A stretch of 64,000 nucleotides of DNA from Octopus bimaculoides (lineage: Eukaryota). Made by a program: the position numbers and the translations under genes. Below are positions 54,950 through 64,000 of this stretch, one piece after another. The notes below the pieces were generated by a model. The model was not told the DNA's origin and did no database searches. It was given only the letters and a program-made list of their open reading frames with translations. Location of the stretch: the NCBI RefSeq assembly GCF_001194135.2, contig NC_068981.1, positions 42,718,628 through 42,782,627 on the forward strand, given 5' to 3'. Within the stretch, counting starts at the first letter, position 1. Every line of letters starts with the position of its first letter.

Positions 54950-55400
54950 ATCAAAACAAAGCTGTTTAAGGAGCCACTGGATAATTGTACAGATTGTCTT
55001 TATCAACGCGCAACAATCAATGATTTTGTAACAGTCTTTCTTCATTAAATATAATTATTTTCACATTTGCGGAATCAAGCACGTCATCAAAGTTTTTGTA
55101 GTACCTAGGACCCTTAATAAAGGAAGATGAAATCACTCTCTGTCTTACTATAAAGCCTTTCAAATTCTCATTTTGAATTTTAGCTGTTCTTAGTTTCCTC
55201 TTATTACCTGGGAACAACTAGCAGTGGGCATTCTTCATCTTTATAGAAGCTATGGACAATGTTCTCCTGTGATAATTACCATCCTAAATGAAACATTGCT
55301 TCAATGCCTCACATCTAAACTTCCCTGTCCATCATTGTAATATTTTTGTTGTTGTTATTAACTCCCAGGAATGTCATTTGCAGTCTTTCTTTCTTTTTGT
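54950..55400 (-). mobile_element. Possible very decayed LINE RT C-terminus
   Basis: MTFLGV, KIQNENLK, GPRYYKN, DSANVKII..EERLLQ loosely resemble LINE thumb regions. Confidence 0.3.
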
Positions 55401-57868
55401 AATCGACAGAACAAGGGTGGGGGGCGTATCATTATCTTGATTCAGTTTACTAATTTCCTGCAATTTTTCTTTTTTTTTTTTCAGGAATGTGAGTTAGAAA
55501 CAGCTTAAATATAGTTTTTCATAGAATATGAACCAATAACCAAATTGAAATGTTGCGACTACAATTTTGAAATTATCATTCAAATATGGATTAATGTACA
55601 TTCGATGATCATGTTCAATGTTGGTATCTCAGATGTAAAGGTAGACCAAGCGCATTGTGCGATCAGAGGCAGGCAATACATTAGTTCACAGGTGTTACAC
55701 AACACCTTGACATATTCACATGCCATTTTCATTTCTTCATCATTCGCTTTCTCTTCTAGTTTCATGTAGGTTTTGCTTATTCCTTTCTTGCAGTTGTTTT
55801 CTCTCTAATGGTCCTTCTTAATCTATAATGTATATGTATAGAAAAGTAAAAGATATTTGGACAGGGACTACAATGTATAATAATGGTTAATTATATCAGG
55901 TAACAATGTATTGTCGGTTAAACAAAATTTATCTACCCTATCTGTTCAATACGAGTAGCTGTAGAGTAATAAAATGTAGTTCTCAGCGATAGAGACAAAG
56001 AGAGAGGAAAATAGCACTTACCTAACATGAAATTATTTTCAGTGATAAGAAAATCGATGTGCAAAAAAGAAAAAGCTGGGGCGGCAGGATAAATGACTTT
56101 TAGTGATAATAGAATAATTTACACTGTATATGATCATGATATTTCTACTAGTGACATACCTCCTATCTAACAGACAACGAGTGCAGAAATAGGAAATAAA
56201 ACGAAAGTATCATTCTAAGAAAGTAACAAAGTAAATAACTCAATTTTTAGGAAACATCTCATCCCCAACACTACGCTTCATTGCGAAAATATATCACTCC
56301 TCTTCCCCGTCTGAGGTGGAGAAGGAAAATTACATACTATTAACTGTGTGCGTGTCTGTGATTGCTGGAGGGGAGTTTATTTCACGGTAGTGGCGAGTTC
56401 TACTCTGGTTCTTGGGGCTGATTAGTTTATACTGCTGCTACTGACGCTGTTGCTGTTGATATTGTTTTGTTGTTGCTGGTGTCGCTATTATTGTTGACAT
56501 TCGAAAGATGGGATATTGGCGAAAACCATAGTAGTTAACATAGATACCTTAAAACTGATCTACTGAGCAAAGGTGAAATACGTCATACCACCCCCAACAT
56601 TAAAAATGTTTACGGACGCCTTTGAGCTTCCAAGTTTCAAGATGAGCAGTGAAATGCAGACTGGTAGAAGGCAAGTAAAATAAGTGAGAAGGAAGATATC
56701 ATTTCTCACTTGGATTTGAAATATTCTGTTCATATTTATTGTTGTCTAATTGCCGTACCTCACCAAATGAGAGTGTTTACTCTTTCATTTTATATCACCA
56801 TCTATTCTGAGACTCAATAATTTGAGGTTAAGTTGTAGATATTCGCAGTGGAACGTAAAGCCTCGCATTTTCTCCAGAACTAGTCACGAGCAATAACAAC
56901 AACAGTTTTTGTCTTTTTTCTTGTCGACGAAGATCAACTGAGGAATCGTTTTCAAAGGATGGCGTTTTTTTTTTGTTTCAGATAATCTCTACAGGCACAG
57001 AAATATCAGCAGGGCCTGTTCCATTCTGGACCAGCACGTTCAGTGTTCAAGCATTGTTGATGGTTTGTAAAAGTAATCCAAATAGTTGTTGTTACATGTA
57101 GAGCAGTACAGGCTAACTGCCTAGTCCTTCATGATAATTATTTTGCGGGTTGGGCTAAGAAAGGTTCAAAGGTTTAAACTTTCTTTTGTCTACAGTGAAA
57201 GATACTGTCCGAGGAGGACAAATTTTAAAGGACTAAGGACATATTTTCTCATCAATTTCTCCAAGTACTATTTGGGGAGGAATATAAGCTTAAGCCAAAT
57301 GAGTCGAAATAATCTTGTCATGAAACTGTAGATAGGAGAACACGGCTAAGGGTAGAAACTTGCCTGTAGTAGTAAGGGTAGTAAAGATCTTTAAATCTCA
57401 CTGACTGACCCTGGATGGTTCCCTCCATTTGGAATTTTTATCTCATTACTTTCTAATCCTTTGTTTTCCATATCTATTTTGCCATATTCGTTGTCAAAAT
57501 CACTGTTACTGTCATTCTTATGTTTTCCAAACTTTTAACTCCTCTTGTCCCTTTGTATCCTCCTTTCCATACTATTTATCATAACTATTGATTCCGTCTT
57601 CTTCATTTTATTCCGCATTGTTTCCGTGTCATTTCGTTTTATTTCTGTTTGCATATTAGTAACAATTTTACGAAACGGTACAATATAACAGTTGTATTTT
57701 CTTTCCCTCGTTTCATTTCTTTTATGGTAATTGTATTTGTATAAAGTAAAGTAAGTTTTTATCTAACTTACATTAATATTATCTATTTCTTTAATTTATT
57801 TGGTCATGTGTGTCAATGTTGATCAGGAACAAGAAATATAGTGTTTAAGAAGAATAAGTTAACATATA

Positions 57869-58030
57869 GATCCAGACGTGGATATGTGGAGAGGAGTTTG
57901 CTTCCCAACCATATTCTCCGAGTTCAGTCCCACTGTATGTTACCTTGGGCAAACCTTCTAAAGTAGGTTCGGGCCGACTCAAAGCCTTGTGAGAGGATTT
58001 GATAGACGGAAACTGAAAGAAATCCGTCGT
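57869..58030 (+). mobile_element. SINE family A 5' half
   Basis: gtttgcttcccaacc...gagttcagtcccactg..accttgggca...aaagccttgtgag.ggatttg.tagacggaaactgaaagaa. Confidence 0.75.
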
Positions 58031-58465
58031 TTGTGTGTATGTGTGTATGTGTATGTATATTTACCACGCTGATGAAACTCCATGATTCAAATCAGTTTTA
58101 TTACCAACTATGATAAATATTCTCTTGGCATCATAATGGGAATTTCAAAAATCATGGGCAGTAGAAATAGCTGTTAGATGGGATGCAGTCTTTTTGTAAA
58201 TAATTAATTAATAATAATTGATGCAAATCAATTGTTACTCATCAATGGTATCTCCATTTTCTATTTTCTTTAAATTTTGATTCCTAATAAACTCCTGTTT
58301 ATTCTTGTCTTTACCTATAATTTATGGCATAACATTTTGCCCATGTTTAAATATAGGTAATAATATACCGGTAGTATTTTGGATATTTTTATCCCTTAGA
58401 CGGTTATTTTAACTTCTAACTCAACCAACCTTATATATGTATATATGTATATATANNNNNNNNNN

Positions 58466-58499
<34 letters not shown>

Positions 58500-58680
58500 A
58501 AGAAAGAGAGGGATAACGAGAAGAAAATGGAGAGTAAATGGATGTAATTACTTATTTGTATGTTACAAAAAGGTGACATTAAAACAAAACAGTACAAATA
58601 AATTGATTGGAAGTTCAGAGCTCAAAGAAAAATTGATTAAGATTTTAAAAAAAGAGAAAAAAAACTTACATACGTCTTTT

Positions 58681-58892
58681 AGTCCTATCATCTAACTGAT
58701 GGGAATTTCCAAGCATTTTGTTTAATGACAAGAAAGTTGCCACATTCTAACTATGTTGTGGCAGGTCTTCGTCAGGGTTCATAGCTCCATATGAACCCTA
58801 ACGAAGTCCAATCACTTTATAGTTAGAATGTGGCAAATTTCTTGGCACTAGACAAAATGCTTGGAAGTTCCCCTCAACTAGGTGTCAGTACT
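58681..58892. repeat. 212-bp fold-back element (103-bp arms, 6-nt loop)
   Basis: Arms 58681-58783 and 58790-58892 align without gaps, about 83/103 by manual count; loop gctcca. Confidence 0.9.
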
Positions 58893-59889
58893 GAAACATA
58901 TATGTAGGCTCTTTCTTTCCTTTTTTTTTTTTTTATCTTAGTCTACTTTTCTTTGAGCTTTCAACTTCCAATCAATTAATTTATTTGTACTGTTTTTTTT
59001 TAATGTTACGTTTTTGTAACATAAATAAATTAGTAATTACATACATTTATTCTCTACTTTCTTCTTGTTTTTCCTCAATATTGATAATTTCAATAACCCT
59101 TAACATATACCAATGACTTTTGCATTAAATGATATGGATTGAACCAGTGGAATACGAATACCTTGGATCATATAATCCCTAATGAGGATATGATTCCCTT
59201 GAATTAACTACATACATACATACATACATACATACATACATAATTTTTCCATTCATAATTTTTTCATTCATATTTTTTATTATTACGTTTGTAGAAATAA
59301 ATAATCTTGTATTTTTATATTATTCAATTGATCTTTAATTATAATTAAATAAACGTCTTTAGCTTTAAATAGTATAGCTTTAACTATTACACCGGTTAAA
59401 TATGTACTAATTTTATCTTCATTATTATTTTAAACTTAAACTTCGTTCAACTTGTATTTAAAACAATGATAATCTAAAACAATGGTAATTTACGTAAGAT
59501 GTTTTTTGTATATAATATACATGCTATTATAATGGATGAAGGGATGATTATTGAATGGTTATTATTTTGATATTATGATATTTTTTAAATAATTTTTCTA
59601 TCTTTATATAATAAGTATTTCATATTAATTCATTTGGTACTTATTGTTGGTTGAGATANNNNNNNNNNNNNNNNNNNNNNNNNNNNNNNNNNNNNNNNNN
59701 NNNNNNNNNNNNNNNNNNNNNNNNNNNNNNNNNNNNNNNNNNNNNNNNNNNNNNNNNNNNNNNNNNNNNNNNNNNNNNNNNNNNNNNNNNNNNNNNNNNN
59801 NNNNNNNNNNNNNNNNNNNNNNNNNNNNNNNNNNNNNNNNNNNNNNNNNNNNNNNNNNNNNNNNNNNNNNNNNNNNNNNNNNNNNNNNN

Positions 59890-59939
<50 letters not shown>

Positions 59940-59982
59940 CAGAAATAAGGGTGGCTTATTCGCAATTTTATAACCGAAAGGC

Positions 59983-60209
59983 AGAAATATATACGTCACT
60001 AAAGTGACTAAGGGCATTAGTCAGCACCAGTATTGCTAGAAATAAGAGTTAAAACAATTCATACCCACCAGCCAGAAATTATTTATCTTAATGGCTGACA
60101 GTCATTACGATAAGTGCTTTGTCGTGGCTATGAGTTGTTTTCACTCTTATTTCTAGCAATACTGGTGCTAGCTAATGCCCTTGGTCACTTTAGTGACGCA
60201 TGTATTTCT
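59983..60209. repeat. 227-bp fold-back element (86-bp arms, 55-nt spacer)
   Basis: Arms 59983-60068 and 60124-60209 align without gaps, 78/86 by manual count. Confidence 0.9.
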
Positions 60210-60224
60210 CTATATAATCGTGCG

Positions 60225-60398
60225 TGTGTGTGTGTTTGTGTCTGTGTTTATACCCCACCACCGCCTGACAAGTGGTGCTAGTGTGTTTACGTCCCCCGTA
60301 ACGTAACGGTTCGTCAGAAGTGGCCCATATGGTAAGTATCAGGCTTTAAAAAGTAAGTGTTTGAGTCGAATTGTTCGACTAAAATTCTTCAAGGCGGT
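60225..60398 (+). mobile_element. SINE family A 3' half
   Basis: gtgtttgtgtctgtgttt..cccaccaccgc.tgacaa..gtgtgtttacgtcccc.gtaac..ttcgactaaaattcttcaaggcgg. Confidence 0.7.
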
Positions 60399-60419
60399 AG
60401 GTAAAAGCTAACAAAAGCG

Positions 60420-61600
60420 AGCACATTTTAACCAATATTAAACACGCGATTTCCGATACTTTTCCACACACTTTCTCAGATACTCATCCGTATTGCAAAA
60501 TTTGCTGCGTAGGTCGAACAGCCTGTATAATCTCATGGCATCTTTCACTTATAGTTTATGCAGGGCTTCATTATCAAATATGATCTACCTACCTGAAGAA
60601 CGGCAATAGGATATCATTTCAGGCGGATTCTAACTACCAGTTTTCTCAGATTCGTTCTGCTAGATATTCTAAAGGCATGCACTCTGCGAATTCCCAATTA
60701 GATAATTGTAACAATTGAAATGGAATATATCTGCTATAGTTGAAATTTATGATACTCCTAAAAGAATTCACTGTCAAAATTATTATTAAACATTGAGTAT
60801 TTTATTAGAAATCCAGTCCCAAGATTGAAACGATGAACATGATGTATCTTTGCATTTAAAATGCTGAACTGAATGGAATATCCTCTACAGAAAGAGAAAA
60901 AAATCTTCGTGGTATTTATATTGTAGCTCTTGTAATGCCAATGTGTTTGGGGGGAAATATAGTGATGTTTGGTATAGGAATTCCTTTGCCACATTTATGC
61001 TTTCATTCAATGGTGAAGTATACATTAGGATTTTCCTTGTTCTACATTTGTACCTGGAGGTGGTTAGCACTTGTGTATGTTCTAACGTCTCTTAATATTT
61101 TTAAGTGCTTCTTTGTATCATACTATCCTGATACCACATCAAATTCTGCTTTTTTAGAGGATAGGGATGAAATGAGTTTACTGATAGCAGGGACTAGACC
61201 TCAGTGAATGTTAGGAGAATGTTTGCTAGTAGCATATAGCTATGGATCAATGTTTAAGGTGAGGGTAAATGTTAGCTGTTTCTAGATTTAAGCTAACATT
61301 ATCTCAGAGAGATTGCTATCTATTCTGTCTGAATCACCAATGGGTGAGTTGGTACTATCAAAAGCCATTGCCTTGAGTTAGAGCAGATTAATAATTGATG
61401 AATATAAATTGATTTTGTCGTATTAGGAGAATCTACATTATTCTTAAGTGAAAGACAGTTCTTTCATAAGTGAAGGCGCAATCTTTTAGGTTTTAAGTAG
61501 AATGTTATCCAAAATCTTTTTTGTTAACAAAACCATCCTTTAGTTCCGCTGGTCTTATCTTACAGACCTGGGCAGTATATAAAATATTTCTTAGTGGATT
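60420..61600 (-). mobile_element. Decayed Penelope-like element RT
   Basis: Frameshifted motifs in the expected order: FYILPR (cf. YILPKIHK), ILDNIL..PSLMKE, MAFDST, LANILLTFTE, NPNVYFTIE, GIPIPNITI. Confidence 0.45.
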
Positions 61601-61669
61601 ATTTGTGTAGGTGCGCAACAAAAATCGCAAATTATACTAAACTGGAGGGGAGAAAGATAAAGGAGCGGC

Positions 61670-61825
61670 AGAAGAATGAGAAAAGGAAGAAGTAGAACAA
61701 AAGTAGAAGAAGTAGAAGACGAAGAAGAAGTAGAAAAAAAGTAGAAGCAGAGGACGAAGAAGAAGTAGAAGAAAAGTAGAAGTAGAAGACGAAGAAGAAA
61801 AGGGAAGAGAGAGAGAGAGGACGAA
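61670..61825. repeat. GAA-rich low-complexity tract with ~18-nt period
   Basis: gaagaagtagaagacgaa-like units. Confidence 0.8.
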
Positions 61826-62487
61826 AAACTGACCACTTGAGGTATTCTTTACAATTGGTCTGTACTAAGAAATTGTCCAGCTTACTGTCATCTCTTCTAA
61901 ATAGCATTAATTTATTCACAGTGTCGAAATGGTTTATGGGTGTCCATAATATTTGTGTCTATAACTAGATTTGTTTAGCATAGCAATCACGATTGTTATT
62001 TATAGATAGCTGGAGAAGTATACATGAATAATCTTCTACTGAGCGATATATGCTTTTTACACGATTTGGGAGAAACAGTAGATAGTGGAATACCGGGTTA
62101 AACTGACAAAAAGGACGAATAACTAAATTAATAGGCTATCTGGCAATCTATCAGCTAACGCCGGAGTTGTATCCTCTTACCGGAGCAGCTTTGAGCCAGC
62201 AACCATTTCATTCTCAAAATAATAAGTCATATTTCATCTCATTTTATTCGAAGTCTGACAAATTTATTTCTAGTTATCACGAATAATCTGTTTAATAGAT
62301 CTCTATAACTTATTTCTCTCTTGATGTTTGAAATCAGACACAATTGTAAGAAAAGTAGCACTTCATAAATATAATAACCAGCATCATGAAATAGTCTCCA
62401 CATATGTCTAGCAAATGTTTTAACTCTGCTTCACAGTTACTATTATCTTGATTTAATAATAATGATGATAAAAAATGACAAAAATGG

Positions 62488-62656
62488 TTTTAAGTTTTGG
62501 CACATAGCCAGAAAATTCGAGGGAGGTGATAAGAAGACCTGGAAAGGATGAAAGATAAAGACGACATTGGTGGAATTTGAACTTAGATCGTAAAAACGGA
62601 CAAAATGCCGCTAAGTATTTTGTCCGGCGTACTAACGATTCTACCAGCTTACCCTA
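62488..62656 (-). mobile_element. SINE family B (diverged)
   Basis: gaaaggatgaaag.taaag.cgac...ggaatttgaact...ccgctaagtattttgtccggcgtactaacgattctaccagc. Confidence 0.75.
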
Positions 62657-62823
62657 ATAATAATAATAGTAATCCTTTCTTCTGTAGATACAAGGCTTGA
62701 AATTTGGTGGGAAAGGAGTAGCCGATTACATAGGTTCCAATGCTCAGCTGGTGCAAAGACAAAAGGAATTTATATAGAAAATGTGTAAGTAATTGAATCT
62801 GTGACAATTAGCAAAACTTTTAA

Positions 62824-63198
62824 ATGGAAATTTCCCCAACAGGGAGAAAAACGCTACCCAGGGATCATAACAGAAATGTTAATATTTATACGGAAAGTTG
62901 GACGTGTGAAAATTCTCATTTGGTGTACGCAGCAGAATGCACCAAACACAACTTGATTTATGTTGGTTCTACAACAGAACAATTAAACAAAAAATTCAAT
63001 GGGCACAGATATGACGTCAGGCACAATAACAGTAGTTCGACAGAATTTGCCGAACATTTTACATCAGACAGCTGCAATTTTAAAAAAGACTTGAAAGTGC
63101 ATATTCTCAGTGCATATTCTGAATCTGCTACACTTTCAATCCTCAAAATGCATGATGAGAAATACGTTTGCAGATTATTAACATCACGCCCTGGATGA
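62824..63198 (+). CDS. GIY-YIG endonuclease domain of a Penelope-like element (124 aa, no adjacent RT)
   Basis: WTCENSHLVYAAECTKHNLIYVGSTTEQLNKKFNGHR...FAEHF...EKYVCRL. The terminal PG*M looks like a broken PGLN ending, so it is probably a fossil. Confidence 0.8.
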   Translation: MEISPTGRKTLPRDHNRNVNIYTESWTCENSHLVYAAECTKHNLIYVGSTTEQLNKKFNGHRYDVRHNNSSSTEFAEHFTSDSCNFKKDLKVHILSAYSESATLSILKMHDEKYVCRLLTSRPG

Positions 63199-63518
63199 AT
63201 GAGTAAAATGACAAGAGAATCTTATATTTACACAAAACTGATTAAATATTTGTTCTCCTTTGTTTTTTCTTTTCTATTTTATTCTTTATTTCTTTTTCTT
63301 TTTAGCAGTTGTAAACTTGAAAATTGAAGACTGATCATGTCACTCCATCAACGTGGGAACGCTGGTTGTCTCGTTCAAATTTTGGATTTGAATTACTGTA
63401 ATTTTGAATTTCTATGTCGAACTTTCCATTTTGAACTCGACAAAGACAGGCTAGCTTTCAAAATATCGTCCAACCAATAAAACATCTATTGCAATCGCAT
63501 CGTGCTCTTCGTATTGTC

Positions 63519-63537
63519 TAATAATAATAATAATAAC

Positions 63538-63601
<64 letters not shown>
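63519..63601. repeat. (TAA)n microsatellite
   Basis: Near-perfect, one CAA interruption. Confidence 0.95.
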
Positions 63602-63602
<1 letters not shown>

Positions 63603-64000
63603 GCTATGCCAACACTATGGAATAACAACAGAAAAATGATAGTATAGGCCCACGCCAGAAAAGGTCACGGAAAACGAGAAGGCAACCATACTCTGGGATA
63701 TGCCAATACACACAGATAGAGAAATTAAGCCCTATAGGCCAGATATAGTTGTCAGAGATCATGAAGAAAAAAATGCTTTCTAATTGATGACAACGTTTCC
63801 TTAAAAGAAATGGAGAAACTTTCAAAATACAAAGACCTGGAAATAGAGGTAACTCGAATGTGGAATCTAAAAACAGAAACAATTCCTATCATAGTAGGCG
63901 CCTTAGGTATGATAAAAAAAATATTCAGACAAATACATAACAAAAACACCAGGACTTACAAATATATATAACATACAGAAAATTGCACTACTGGGCACTT
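63602..64000 (+). mobile_element. 5'-truncated Dong/R4-clade retrotransposon RLE domain, continuing past the window
   Basis: KLCQHYG, TPEKVTENEKATILWDMPIHTDREIK..RPDIVV, KEMEKLSKYKDLEIEVTRMW, PIIVGALG, IQKIALLGT. Confidence 0.85.

Noticed and set aside
55462-55765. 61-aa minus-strand ORF followed by an A tract, as a processed pseudogene
   Set aside because: No AATAAA, no TSD and no recognisable protein family.
14168-59973. Long ORFs in the supplied track that span N gaps or dinucleotide repeats (poly-[17 protein letters not shown])
   Set aside because: Artefacts of gaps and simple repeats lacking stop codons.

Overview
Eukaryotic, AT-rich DNA dense in repeats, with 8 assembly gaps (11363-11620, 14356-15311, 15995-16509, 28144-28990, 40563-41465, 44919-44950, 58456-58465, 59659-59889). 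From recall of the tRNA-derived SINE families and the extreme microsatellite density I infer an octopus draft assembly; this was not checked by any search. I found no confident host exon, tRNA or rRNA gene, or CRISPR array. Almost all protein-like signal comes from transposon fossils, identified by manual translation and motif recognition: a HERO-like RLE retrotransposon (11.6-13.2 kb), three R4/Dong-like RLE pieces plus a small related fragment, a decayed Ty3/Gypsy gag-pol, RTE and CR1-group fragments, Penelope-like RT and GIY-YIG pieces, two Tc1 fossils, a Tc1/mariner MITE, two long fold-back elements and about 20 SINE copies. Best leads: (1) two tandem hammerhead-like CTGANGA...GAAAC cores just 3' of the HERO-like element; (2) an L1/Tx1-type LINE sitting 12 nt upstream of a Tc1 transposase ATG with an apparent 5-bp TSD, possibly a transposon-targeting LINE; (3) two long near-perfect hairpins at 58.7-60.2 kb. 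All three are hypotheses, not demonstrated systems.
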